A stretch of DNA of 64,000 nt, taken from Camelus dromedarius. Its lineage: Eukaryota. The notes under the pieces were generated by a model, which worked only from the letters and a program-made list of their open reading frames with translations, searched no databases and was not told the DNA's origin. The stretch is from positions 9,240,001 through 9,304,000 of the forward strand of contig NC_087437.1 in NCBI RefSeq assembly GCF_036321535.1. The letters are read 5' to 3'. The translations under genes were made by a program, and so were the position numbers. Each line of letters opens with the position of its first letter. Position 1 is the first letter of the stretch. This document shows, in pieces, positions 50,959-63,865 of the stretch.

Positions 50959-51472
50959 CGTAACACAGAAGAACAAATCTGACTCCATATTGGATGAGTT
51001 TCTTTTACTTGAAACTTCATATTCTATTGCTTTCGCTGCAAGTTAATCACTAAAGGGATGTTGCCTGAGGGTTAAAATACACATAATGGCCCATCTCGGG
51101 GAGCCCTGCCTCCTGTGCCTGAGCCTTAAGCTTTGTTTAGCTCACAGGAAACACCCTGACCAGGCCCACCCGCAAATGGCTGCAGGAAGGAAGACATTAG
51201 CACATCCCCTCCAGAGTCTGGCCAAAACCAGAAAATATTTTCAACAGCTTATTGCCTTATCTTACTTTACCTCCTCACCCCCTTTCCCCTCTTTGCTCTA
51301 TAAAAGAAACTAGCATCCAAACCCAGGCAAGATGCTTCTTTGGGACACTAGTCCACCATCTTCTCAGTCTGCTGGCTTTCTGAATAAAGTCACTATTCCT
51401 TGCCCCCAGAACTCATCTCTCAATTTGTTGGCCTGTCATGGGGTGAGCAGTACAAGCTTGTACTCAGTAACA
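50959..51472 (+). mobile_element. ERV1 solo LTR (MER34/39-like)
   Basis: (t>c)gtaac...gtaaca termini, near-TSD atgt/atat, CTATAAAA at about 51298 and AATAAA at about 51383. Confidence 0.85.
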
Positions 51473-52686
51473 ATATTAGACAAGTTAATTAACCTCTTGA
51501 AGCCTGGATATGTATAATTAAGATAACAGCATGTGACATATAGGTATGTTGTGGGAAAGCAAGTGCAATCATATTTGCAAAAGACTGAATTCATATATTT
51601 TTCTGGCACATAAGAAATTCTCACACCACTTATGATTAGTTGTAGTTTTCTTGACTTATCTGAGACAAATGAAACCTCATGTAGCTTTCCTGCTGTGTTT
51701 CCACACTTGCTGCTTCTCCATCAATTCTATTACATGATCCTTTTCCTCTGCCCCTACCTTAAATGATACCATTCTCCAGTATTCCATCTGTGTTCCAGTC
51801 TGATGACCTATTTATCTATCACAATTTAGTGTCTGTGTGAAAGGATACTACTCTTAAAATAAAAAATAAACACCAAGAGAAACACTTTAATGATTGTCAC
51901 AGATGGCAATCTATCACCGTGCCCTATACTTCTCTCTTCTCACTGTGTCCTCTGTAATAGTATTTATATTTTCTCATAAAGCCTTCCCTCTTTCTTAACT
52001 TTGTCTTCCTACTTTGTCTTCTTACAAACAAACAAAAAAACCAATTATTGCATTATGTGTAATTTTCTGCTTTGCAGAAAAAAAAAAAAAAAACATCAAA
52101 AACCCTATCTGCAGTAAAGCTTCAGTTTGCTTGAACTCCTGTTCTCAAATCAGATCTTTTAGATATGAAAGTAATGGCAACTTCTATTTTAAGATTTCAA
52201 ATCCCAGCAACAGGAACCTTTCAAGAATAAAACCTATTCCATTTTCTTCTAAGTAGAAAGCAGTTAGAATCTGTCAATCAAAGTACAAAACTTCCACGAG
52301 GGAAAAGCATTCCAGAACACAGGGCCATTCGTGGCTCTAAATCACATGAAACGGTGGATCTCTTAGGCAGGCCTTTTTTTTTTTTTTTTTTTTTTTTTCT
52401 TTTTGGTAATGCACTGTATTCCCCATACTGGCTGAGAGACGAGGGCTGAAATACAGCCTGTACAGCAAGCTGCTGGTCGACTGTGAAATGCCACCACGCA
52501 GAGCAGATCCTGGCCTGACCTCAGAGAGTCCCTGACACGGCCACCGCCACCAGAGGAAGGTAGCCTCAGCTCACACAGTGCCTCCTCCTGCGGCCATGGG
52601 TAGTCTGTTTCTGCTTTCCCCTTTGATCCCTCTACTCCCAACTAGCCCTGCTTGTGATCCCTCCACTGGCACTCAGGTAATCTCCC

Positions 52687-52838
52687 TACAAGATCTTGTG
52701 ATAGCTCACAGGGAAAAAGAATGCAACAATGAATATATGTATGTTCATGTGTAACTGAAAAGTTATGCTCTACGCTGGAAATTGACACAACATTCTAAAC
52801 TGACTATAACTCAAAAAAAAGAAGAAGAAAAAAAAAAA
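52687..52838 (+). mobile_element. Short young L1 3' end with A tail
   Basis: gaatatatgtatgttcatgtgtaactgaaa...attgacacaacatt.taaactgactataactc followed by an A-rich tail. Confidence 0.85.
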
Positions 52839-53228
52839 CAGGAAGGATGACTGGACTAGGACTAGTGTTGCAATGTGATGAGCAAGGGTCTGCCTTTTCT
52901 CCCTCCTCCCCGCCTCCCTGGCCCCGTGGGGTGATCTTAGCAATGATGCTGGCTCACCTCACCTCCCAGATAAATCTTTCATCCCCATCTCTTCACCCTC
53001 AGACTAGAGCCCATTCTGGGCCAGAACATCCAAAACAACGTCTGAAACGTAAATGACTCTTATTCTATTTTTTGTGGACAAGGTTCCATCTCTGTTAATG
53101 AGTTTAACTGAAACAGAGGAGGCTGGGGAAGGGGCACCTGAGTAAAGCAGAGCCTTTTTCCCATCCTTTGCTTTTGGTATTAGTAGTAAATTTTCCTTTC
53201 TAAACACAACCCCCACCCCACGCCAGAA

Positions 53229-53287
53229 ATACGTGTGCATACACACACACACGCGTATACGCGTACACGCGTACATGTGTACACATA
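53229..53287. repeat. 59-nt alternating purine-pyrimidine tract
   Basis: Unbroken RY alternation including (CA)n and three ACGCGT units. Confidence 0.9.
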
Positions 53288-53967
53288 ACGTATTTTAAAA
53301 ACTTGAATAGAGCTTATTTTTGCTTCTGGGTCCCTAAAAATATATTATAGACTTTGTTTAAAATTGCAATGGAAGACAGAAAAGAAAAGGTGTTCTGAAA
53401 CTAAAAGATAAACTAGTCCCAGAAAACTGCAGGGAAAAAAAAAAGTTTAAAAAGGGGAAAAACAAACAAACAAACAAAAGAAAAGTGCCAGGGCACTGGC
53501 CAGAGGCAAGAGGCTTTCTGATGGGTTTATCTTGCCATAAAGACCTACCTCAATGGCTGCTCACCATCTAACCCTGGCTTCCCAGTTTAGTGCTTAACAT
53601 GCAGGGAGGTGGCGGGGAAATGGTTAATGCAGTCCAATTCCAAGGAGACAGAACACAGATAGCTTTTCGCTAGCGTTGCTGTCCCAGAAGGACATTGGTT
53701 ACGGAAGATAAGAAGCAATTCAAGCAGATACGGCTTCTGCGTGTTCATTTCAGCAGTGCTCAAAAGTTCTTTAATCAATGAAAACCATATGGGTTTCTAT
53801 GTAATGCTTCCCACCAGAAGTGCCAGGATTATTCCGTTATTTTGCAGTGTACATTTGTCCTCTGGACTTCCCGTGATTGTAACATCGTCATGAAACTATA
53901 GAATGAAGAATAGCAACAGAGCTAGCTAACAGATAAAGGTGTGTGTCACTTTGTTTTAGAAAGGACC

Positions 53968-54440
53968 TGTTAGGTTTGTTTTCCTAGAAGCAGACTCTGA
54001 GATAAAGACGATACTGTACAAGTGATAATTAAAGACATGCTCCCAGGAAAAACCGGTAAACTTGCAGGGGAAGCAGTGGGGAGAAACGGAAGAAGACAAT
54101 CAAGGGTGGGATTTCAGGGCCCCCGCCTGTGCAGAATGACTTCAGCCTGATCCTACGGGGTTGTCTGGAGTGTAGGCGATGCCATGGTTCATCCTGATCC
54201 AAGGTAAGGGAGCTAGGCTTGTGTATTCCCTCATCTGTCAATCATTGCCAAGGACCTATCCAGGGCTCTTAAACTTCCAGAGACTTCTGGTTCTCTGCCT
54301 GGGGTCTAGCAGCCCAACGGCTCTTTGATGAAGAAGAGTCAAAGGTTCAGACTGTAGGAAGCAAAAGCACACCAAAGCTGGGACGCCCACACAGATACAG
54401 TCAAGGAGATCGAGGGAATCTGGGTGGATAACAGTTTCCA
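53968..54440 (-). mobile_element. ERVL-type LTR relic (LTR16/33-like)
   Basis: cctagaagcagactctgagataaag...tgtacaagtg...tcccaggaa resembles LTR16/33-group ends. Confidence 0.55.
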
Positions 54441-54504
54441 CTAGAGGCCCTTTAAGCAGCCATGACATAGGAACTGGAAATTTTAAGCTTAGTGTTTGAT
54501 TTGG

Positions 54505-54667
54505 CATAAATAAGAATTGGAGGAAAACATAAATAATAATTGGAGAAAACCTTAAATAAGAATTGGGGAAAAATCAGTAAGAATTGGAGAAAAACAAATA
54601 AGAATTAGAGAAAAACTTAAATAAGAATTGGAGAAAAAACATAAATAAGGATTGGAGGAAAAAACGT
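54505..54667. repeat. Minisatellite, about 7 copies of a 20-25-bp unit (consensus about AAATAAGAATTGGAGAAAAACWT)
   Basis: Tandem units read directly from the sequence. Confidence 0.92.
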
Positions 54668-56315
54668 AAAAACTAAATTAGAGGAGTCCCTCCACCTTGC
54701 CCTATGCCCAATAAATGATCTTAAAACTTTTTTCAATTTCTTCAATCCTATGTTCATTTATAATGTCATTCAGTCATCAGAGCTTCCAGCCATGACCCAT
54801 GAAAAGAAGAAGCAAAATCTATGACTTAGGATACAACTGCCCTTTGAAATTAGCTAGTGAGCCGTAACGATAATCATATATACACGTTTAAAAAAAATGC
54901 ATGGACATCAACCCACATTTATGGATCATGTAGTCGATCCATACAGTACAACATTAAACCGCTCATTTGTCACCACTGGTAAAACCAACAGTTAATTCAA
55001 GTTCTAACCTTTCTTAACCAATATTAAATAGTTGGGTAGTTGTGACACTCTCTAGCCCAGGCTTAAAAAGATACATCTGTCTTAATAGAGTTTGGAACGC
55101 AAAAAAGAAACCCTGAGCAGCACACTTGTCACTGCTCACACACACCAGGGGTCTGTTGTACCTCCATCAGACAAGCACATACTCGAACCCCACCAGCTAT
55201 TTCTCCCAGGGACGAGAACGTAGCTCACCAATAAGCTTTCATCCATTGTTGTTCCAGGCCCAACAGACGCCTGGAGTGGTCACTGTGGGCTCTCTAAGCA
55301 ATGAGGCTTCTCACCTTTTTCAGCTTCAGCCTCCAAGCCCCATTACTTCTGCACAGGTCTTCACTTCAGCACCCTTGGCACCAGGAGCCCACATACACAT
55401 AAAACAGGACAACGGCATACCTACTACATGAGCCACATTGACTTCCAGACCACCTCTAGAAATTTCCAGCTTCTTTAAGTTTTCTCTTCTACCCCAGGAC
55501 GCTATGCTCAGTGTGATCCGCCCAAAGGCAGCCCTTCCTCCCACAGAGGAAGACATCGTTCTCAGCCAAACTGGACTTTTCTAACCCAGGTGACTATTAA
55601 GCAGCAGAAACAATGCTAAAACTCTCCTGGTGAAGCAAACTAACCTGTCTTCAGACATAAACCTTCTAGACCCAGAAGAAAGAAATAAAAAAGATAAGCA
55701 TCAAAGTCCCAGAGTCATCTTCCATAAACACCGACATACATGGACCATCAACTTCCAATCCTTCATCCTGAAGTGGTTTTTCATCAAAAGCATGCATGAC
55801 ACCTAATTGTGGATTGAGTCTCTTCTGAAGACATCAACCTAGAGGCACTGATATCAATGCAACTTCACATTGTAAACAAATTTTAATTTTTCAGGTCAGG
55901 AGAAGCAGTAATTTGGCAGCTTTGACTGAAACATAATAAACATTTTACTGCAAAAGTTCACAGAAACTCTCCATCATCTTTTAATTAAAAAAAAAAGATG
56001 ACACAAGGAATAAAGTTATTCAAAGTGGCTCTGAGGTCCACTTTAGCATGGGCAAGAAGGGAAGAGGGTAATTTGAGTCTGAGAATAATTTACTGACATG
56101 TCAGTAATTTTATAACAGAATTAAATGAATAAATAAAATTACAGAGCAAAGAAAAGATTAAAAAGTCACAAACTACTCTATTCTGTTGACAGAGCTGGGG
56201 AGACTCGTAAGAAGGGACCTTACTTTTCTTTGGAGACTCCTAGTCTCACCTTCAAATAGTCCACAAGCTCTATGATGTAGTCAGAAGACAGATTTTTCAT
56301 CCATCAACATCCTCT

Positions 56316-57050
56316 TGTTGCTGAAACATGGCCTCTGTACTCTGCTTACCGAATTGAGACTCAGGAGAGTTTTGGATGAAGTAGAAAAGGCAGCTTTATT
56401 TCTTTGCCAGGCAAAGGAGGTCACAGTGAGCTAATGCCTCTAAGACTGTGAGCCTGCTGGGGAGAGAAGGCAGCGGGTTTTACAGTAAAAGTTCAAGAGT
56501 TTAAGGGGCAGAGCTAGTTTCCATAGAGGTCAAATATGAGGTAACAACTTGTTGCAAAGTTGTTCTTGTTTTTGCAGGTACAGCGGTCCCCTTCCCTTTG
56601 CTGGAAGTTCACCTCCAGCTTTGGGGCTCTTGTAATAATATTCTTGTGTCTGGAACAAAGGGTGCTAGGAAGGAGGTCTGTAGAAAAAATGTTCTAGAGA
56701 AAAACTTGTGCAATTTAAAGTCAGGTTGATAAATGCTTCAAGCATTTTAGGCAGCCTGAGGTCTCAGACCTCTTGCTGCAGGCTGAGACTTGCACCTCAA
56801 CCAACAGGATACAAGGAAACCACAGGAGGCTAAAAATAACTGCAGATATTCACAGTTGGGGCAAGTTATGAACAACAAGATGCACAGAACACCCAACTGC
56901 CATTTCTGAGGTGTCAGGGTCAGGAGAAGGGCACTGGGGTCAAGAGCAGGGCACTGGGCATGATCGATGCAGCATGCAGCATTACAAGGGGTTGCACAGA
57001 CCCCTGCCCCGCCTCAAAACTCCCTCCTCTCCAGCCTAATTCTGGTCACT
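56316..57050. mobile_element. ERV1 LTR-derived segment(s), possibly two pieces in opposite orientation
   Basis: Starts tgttgctgaa with a minus-strand AATAAA at about 56395. 56790-57050 resembles an LTR U3 in plus orientation. Confidence 0.6.
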
Positions 57051-59959
57051 AAGAGCATGAAAAAAAAACCTTTAAACCATTATACAGTTAAGCAGTTACA
57101 AACACCATTTACAGATATCAGATGGCCACCAATGACGACCATAGGGTCCTGCTCAGTTACACTCTGATTTTTTCGGGTGATACAATGAGGAAATAGAAGC
57201 CTGGAGTATAATATAATCAGAAGTGTTCCTGAGGAGGGGGATTTGAGTGTTTGCCACTCCCACCTTTTCTTTTCTCTTCATAGGTACCAGATACAGCTGA
57301 GGTTAATGATGGAAGGAAAAAACAGAGTATAGCCTTGTGACAAACTTCTTGATGTTTCTTCCCACTTGCAGACTTGAAAACCACTAATTTGGTCTCAGAA
57401 ATGTGTCCCTTTGCTAATATAGCCTGAAGAGTTGGCAAGTTTCACTTTTATAACAGCTATGCTAGTTTTCCCTAGGTTTTTCCAGGTGTCAAATTATGCC
57501 AGCAAACTTGATGCTGGATAATATTATAGCCAACAGTTGGCGTACTCAGAGATTTGAAAAAGATACTGATGACTGGCCTAAAAATCAAGGTATTTTAACT
57601 AATTAATTAGGGCTTGATTTAAAAATAAAGCTCTGTTTCAGTTCAAGGTTTAGTCAACTGGTTTTAATTTATAACCTAATTAATTAGTGGCTTCATTTTT
57701 TTTTCTAATGGGAACACTCAGAGAGATTATTTTCAAGTTGTGTTATCATGGGACTCAGGAAGTCCTGCAACGCACGTTGCATCAATATTTATAAATGGAA
57801 GAAGCAGAATTCTTGCATCTGTCTTCAACATATGTGAGCTAGAAACTGTGTTATTAAAAATAAGTGTCTAGAGAAAAATCACGTATTTTATCTACTCCAC
57901 TAAACTTATAAACAGAATGCACACAGAGTAACAAACAACATACAAATAAAATGGCATAGAAGTTTGGAAGGGAGAAAGAGAAAACATGAGAGTGATCTCT
58001 GACGGGAGTAAAGGAGGAAGACTTCAGTGGAAAATGGCTTTGAAGCCTGGACTTGAGAGTTGGGTAGGACCCCAAAAATGGAAGGGGTGCTGAGAGGCAC
58101 ATCAGACAAGGCAATGACATATAAAAATTGACGGGATGAGAAAGGCATGGAGGTAGCAGAGCTTTTTCAGCCGACTGAGCGTTCTGTAATTTATCTGGGA
58201 GTATTGAATAGGAGTAGGTGATAAACCAAGGAAGGTTATTTTAAGGTAAGCTCACCAAAGACCTTGAATGTGTTTTTTGAATGGGTGGGAAATGACATCA
58301 TAGACAGTCTTTAGAAAGTTTAATCCAACATTCATGTGGAGAGATGGTTGAATAGGGAAGAAAGGAGAAGAAACAGAAACTAAGACATGTCTGAACAATG
58401 GCCCAGGCAACATTTAATGAGTAGAGAAAAACAAAATGTGAACTAAAATGACTGAGATTGCAAAATAGAAGAATTAAATGGAATTAGCAAGATATCTACT
58501 GATTCACATGCCATACCTTAAAAAAAAAACTATTTCTTTATGGAACACCTTTTAGCAAATACATTTATAATAATTCATAAAGGGCTGAATTATTTATGAT
58601 AAAAGATAACCATGAGAGTCTTAGAGAAATCAGACTTGGAAGTAAGTGCTGATTTTTTCAGCCTTTTCGAACTTCGTATCTATGAGGATATATTCAGCTT
58701 AATATTTTATATGGATAAAATTATACACACATATCTCATTTCCAAATTATTTTTCAATTTTATATTTAAAGTAATGTTTCAAAAAGGTAAGGAAATACAA
58801 TAATAGAGAACCACAGATGTGTGTAGCTTTTAGTTTAATGGGAGAAAAGATCCACAATAATAAATATAGAAAACATAGAAGCATTTTAAGCTTGGTCATT
58901 AAGAAGGAAATTTAGGAGAAATGAGCTGGCAGGTACTGTATAATATATTCCCAACTGGATCACTTACATGTGAATAAAAAATATAACTGGACCAAATTCT
59001 ATAATTGGATTTAATGACAGTGGAGCAATGTCACTGTTCAGAACTAAAGAAAGTGGGATTTCTGCCCAATAGACAAGAGACTGGAGTCTCAAATAATTTC
59101 CATTGGCTTGCATCCTGGAAGAAAAAAAAAATCACAAGCATCAATTTATGCCCTTAGTGAATTTATGACTACATGAATGTATGTGCTTTAAAGCACAAAC
59201 TAGGTATTATGACTTAGGTAAAGTAAATAAATATTTAGGGACTTGAAAAGTGAATTCTAATTTCTAATAAACCACACCCAGTTTCTCTAGAGTTTCTCCT
59301 GGTTTCTGAGGCAAATACAGATCTATTCAATTTCAAAACTATGTATTATTTATTCAACTTCTTTAATGATTATGGATAAGTTCAGTCTGTTGTCTAATGT
59401 TCAGAAAACTCTTAATAGGAATTCTCTCTGTGACTGACCTAAATGGAACAAGGCATCCTTGAGTTCACCCACCGTGCTCAAAAAAGTATTTCCAATGTCG
59501 CCTTTATAAAGGTGCTTGAAGAGAATGACCCCAGAAAAGGCAGTGGTTTCTAAATGAACTTCAACTATTTTTTAATGGGAATCTGGGGTCACACAGACTT
59601 TTCTACAGGAGGTCACTATAAAATAAATACTGGTTCCCACTGTGGACAAACATCCAGCCCTCTTAACAGCAAATGCTGGACAAGCCATTTTATAGATCTG
59701 GTTGAAATGTTATTGCATGTGTGAGAATGAGAAAAGTGAGAAAGGGCTCTGGAAGGGTTCTTTAAAGGAGAAGTATAGTGCTTGCAAATACCAAACATTG
59801 TACACATGGTTATTGGATGGGTCAGTCACGTGGAGTATCAAAAATAGAAACATTAAACAGGAAGAGTTTGCATTTTACATTTTTAAAGCCAAAGGTTTTC
59901 CTAAGCTGCCTGAGCATTTCCTGCAAGGTTTGCATAGGAGACAACTTCTCCAGGTTAAC

Positions 59960-60140
59960 TAGAATAGTTCCTGTTTATGAGTATCTGCCATGTGCCAAGC
60001 ATTTATTGACTGTAATGCTGATCCACTACACAAATATGAAGTTTGGTGTTGTTATTCCTGTTTCACGGGTGAGGAAACTGATGCTCAGAGAGTGTATTTA
60101 CTTAAAGTCACAGTACATGTAGAACAAATATTTAAGGCTG
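59960..60140 (-). mobile_element. MIR SINE
   Basis: gagtatctgccatgtgccaagc...tttcacgggtgaggaaactgatgctcagagag...aaagtcacag. Confidence 0.8.
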
Positions 60141-60299
60141 ACCAAGAAGTATGTAAGTTGAAAGAAAATAGAGAAGTCTGCGGATTTTTTGATTTCTAAT
60201 AGTAGAGTATTTCTATTTTGATATATACCCTTACTTTTTTCCAATTTAAAAAATGCCCAAATAAGGCCTTCTAACTTGATTTTGATTTTTAAATTTTTC

Positions 60300-60416
60300 T
60301 TTTGTCCTTTTTGGTGGGGGATAAGGTTTATTTATTTTAATGGAGATACTGGGGATTGAACCCAGGACCTTGTACATTTTAGGGATGCACTCCACCACTG
60401 AGCTATACCCTCCCCC
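60300..60416 (-). mobile_element. tRNA-derived SINE (camelid Vic-1 type), full 5' end
   Basis: Minus strand reads GGGGGAGGGTATAGCTCAGTGG (A-box)...GGTTCAATCCCCAGTA (B-box)...AAAATAAATAAACC. Homologous to the 48649 copy. Confidence 0.88.
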
Positions 60417-61456
60417 TGTTTTTTTGTTTAAGATTATGTAATTAACTGTATTGATTAAAATCAGTTATATAAAACCAACTGATATAAAATCAATCATATC
60501 AGTATAATACACTGGTTTTTAAAAGGACAAATTAGTGGATTCAGTATGCTTTATTTTTATTTTTAATGTAAAATTTTTAAATGTTAATTTCATAATAAAC
60601 TAAATTATATTTACTCATAAAATATACTAGATGTATCAGTTATTTATTCTATCACTTTGTTAAGGAAAAAATGAAAACATGGTAATTAAATAAAATTTTC
60701 TAACTAAATATGGATTACTATTTTGGATAAGTCTGGACTAATGCTATGAATTCCTATGCAGACATGCATAACATATTGCCAAATGATAAAGTTTTTAAAA
60801 ACTACAGATAATAAACTCTTAAGAAATTTCTAAGGTGGTTGGCACAATTTCTAAACTCAATATTTGAAGAAAGTCAGATAACCAGGCAGTGTTATGGAAT
60901 CACAACAAATTCAAGTAGAAGATAAAACAAGTCTATCATAAGACGGGGAATAAATAAATTTCTCCCTTTTTCCTTTGGTTTGTCACCTGAAAAAATTCAA
61001 GAAACACAAGAACCAGAATCAACAGGAGATATTTATGGCCCTATATCACAAATATGGAACAAAGCAAAAAAAGATGAGGTCTAGACTTAAAGAAGGAGCA
61101 GCCCCCCCCAAAAAAAATAAAAGGAAGACAATCAATCTGATTTATCCCTCAGAGTCACAGCGAGCATCAGGAATTTGGGACACCAAGTACCTTTGGGGTG
61201 AAACTTGGGGCTCTAAAAGTAATAGGTGCTTTATAAAGAGTGGTTGCACCTGCAGGCCCCACCTCCCCTTCCTACTTTGTGCTTACTCTTGATTTATCAC
61301 CATGGGGAGTAAGAGGTGTATGTTTTGGAAACGTTCAAGACCAGAAGACATCAAATACAGCAGTCATTTGAAAATAAGTAATTGACTAAATTGGAGTTTA
61401 GTAAAGGTCAGTAAAATCACTGAAATTTTCCAATCTGCTTTTCCTCCCAATGTCTA

Positions 61457-61652
61457 GAACTATGCTGTCAAATATGGTAGCTACTAGCCTTATGTGATTA
61501 TGGAAATTTAATAAAATAAAAGCCAGTTCTTTCATTGCAGGAGCTACCATCCAAGATCTCAACAGCCATGTGTTGCTAGTGGCCACCGTACTTGACAGCA
61601 CAAGTACAGGACACACCTGTCGTCACAGAACACAGTTCTCCTGGATGGCATG
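61457..61652. mobile_element. MER3-like hAT DNA transposon relic
   Basis: gctgtcaaatatggtagctactagcc...ctcaacagccatgtgttgctagtggccaccgtacttgacagcaca. Confidence 0.8.
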
Positions 61653-61956
61653 GAAGTAATGAGTGACTGATGTCACAGTCACCAGAGAGAACATTAAGTG
61701 GTGCCCTGCAAGAACATCTGAAAGTTCCAGAATAAAACCCACAGTCTCTAATGTATAGTCTTCCAACCAACAGAAAAGAACTCTCAACTTTATCACCCTA
61801 CATTGCTGATCCTACCACCACCATCCACACCAGACATCAAATGAACCTTTTCGTGATTTACTCTTGAAAATGAATTTAAATCTGATGATCATAAGACATT
61901 TGAGAGAACCTTCCAATATGGACGACAGAGACATAAACAAAAATAATACTCAAAAA

Positions 61957-62420
61957 ATACTCACCTATAAAAAGGAATGAAATGATGTCATTTGCAGCAA
62001 CATGGATGGACCTAGAGATTGTTGTACTAAGTGAAGTAAGTCAGACAGAGAAAGACAAACATCATATGATATCACTTATATGTGGAATCTAAAAAAATGA
62101 CACAAACCAACTTATTTACAAAACAGAAAGAGGCTCATAGACACAGAAAACAAACATATGGTTACCAGAGAGGGTAGGGGAGAGGGAGGGATAAATTGAG
62201 AGCTTGGGACTGGCTGATACAAACTACTATGTACAGAACAGATAAACAACAAGGTCCTAATGTACAGCACAGGGAATTATATTCAATGGCTTGTAGTAAC
62301 CTGCAATGAAAAAGAATGTATCTATATATGTATATCTGAATCACTGTACACTGAAAAACTAATACAATATTATAAATCAAAAAATTAAAAATTAAGAAAA
62401 ACAAACAAAAAAGCAAAAAC
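61957..62420 (+). mobile_element. L1 end of ORF2 plus 3'UTR with A-rich tail
   Basis: ataaaaaggaatgaaatgatgtcatttgcagcaacatggatggacctagag...gataaacaacaaggtcc. Confidence 0.92.
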
Positions 62421-62459
62421 AAACATACATACACACATGCATACATACATACACAGGAA

Positions 62460-62760
62460 AAAAGTTTCATTTCCACACTAGATAAGAGAATATACTCATG
62501 CATGAAATCAGAAGAGGATGCTGTTAAAAAATATTTAAAGGCAAAATTAAGCTCTGAGAAATTATAAATAAGGATGTACATGTGCAAAATGTGGCAGAAA
62601 ATTTTAAAGATAAGCTGGAGAAAATGTCCCCAAAATTAAAAACAAAAAACAAGCCAAACATATGAACAACAGGTGAAAAGATAAGAAAATTAAAGATTAA
62701 TCTTACAGAGCCCACATCTAAGGACTGAGAGTTCAAGAAAAACAGAAAATCCTGAGATTG
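62460..62760 (+). mobile_element. Ancient L1 ORF1/HAL1-like remnant
   Basis: A-rich text (catgaaatcagaagaggatgctg...gataagctggagaaaatgtccc...gaaaagataagaaaatt). Confidence 0.45.
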
Positions 62761-63689
62761 TCCTAAGTATAGAAAGTTGCAATAGAAGTCAAAAGAATAA
62801 TTATTTTTACCACGGTTATTACTTCTGAGGAGCATTTTACCGTTATCACTTTGTATGTAAATAACAATGATAAAAATTGAAATAATAATAATTCAAAACC
62901 CCACAATTTTACAAAATGAAGTTGAATCTATATATTACAACTGGATGAATAACCAGATTATTTATAAAGTACATATTTGAAATCACTTCCTCAGGGTGAA
63001 CCCCAAAGATTTTTTTCATTTTACAAAGCAGAAGACAAACCAAGGGCCAAGATAGATCTGAATTCTTCTTGCTGACTCATTTGCATGAAATGAAGTCAAA
63101 CACTCAAAACCTCAAAGAAAGATAAAAACTTCAGCTAATGAGGCCATTTGTGTCAATTCATTAGCCTGAATACTTCCAACTGATTAGCACAAAGTGTTAC
63201 AAGGAAGCCTCAAGAGTAGGAAGTAACATGTAAGTTTGGAGGCTGCTCTCCCGGAATGGAGAAAGCCCCTGGGGCTGAGGCACTGGGGAGTTGAGAAAAG
63301 CACCTGACCTCCTTTGCAAATGAAAATCCCTAAAAAAGCAACATATACTAGTAATGACAAGTCTAGGCTAGAGCAAGTGCTTCACTTTTATAATGGCTGC
63401 TAAATATGAAACCAGTTAAAGAAAGCAAAATCGAATGCTAATTATTTATAGAACATTAGGCGTGAACACAACATTTTTGCTCACAAGCATCCAAAGATGC
63501 CATGCTCCCTCCAAGCCAGGTAGCTGCGTTCATCAGTGACCTGGAAGACACGTCTGACCCCTAAGATGACTGTCGCTGGCCCTTCCTCCAGCAAGCTTGT
63601 GCGGGTCAGCCCATACTGGGTGATGAGCTGCTCCAACAAATGGTGCCCAGGCATCCTTAAGTGTGTGTCCCCATTTGGGCAACCTCCCA

Positions 63690-63865
63690 CGGTATTACAA
63701 TGATCTCTTCATTTGGTCCCTATTCTGTATGATCCTTGATGTTCAGAGAGAATTAGAAACCGGGCTATCTTATTCACTGTTGTACCCAGAGATACTGATA
63801 AACTGCCCGGCCCACCTTGGCAAGTGTACGAATATTGATGGAAAAAAATGGACGAATAAATGCAA
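63690..63865 (+). mobile_element. L2 3' end
   Basis: tatcttattcactgttgtacccag...aatattgatggaaaaaaatggacgaataaatg. Confidence 0.7.

Noticed and set aside
51449..51464. p53 response element
   Set aside because: The two CWWG cores are adjacent rather than 6 bp apart, so the half-sites overlap.
54505..54667. CRISPR-like array
   Set aside because: Units are directly tandem with no unique spacers, there are no cas genes, and the DNA is mammalian.
60340..60416. tRNA gene
   Set aside because: A and B boxes are present but followed by a SINE body and tail, and a paralog at 48649 has a TSD. It is a SINE.
60981..61010. AG|GTGACA recursive-like site on minus
   Set aside because: The regenerated donor is weak and no supporting downstream donor was noticed. 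Likely chance.
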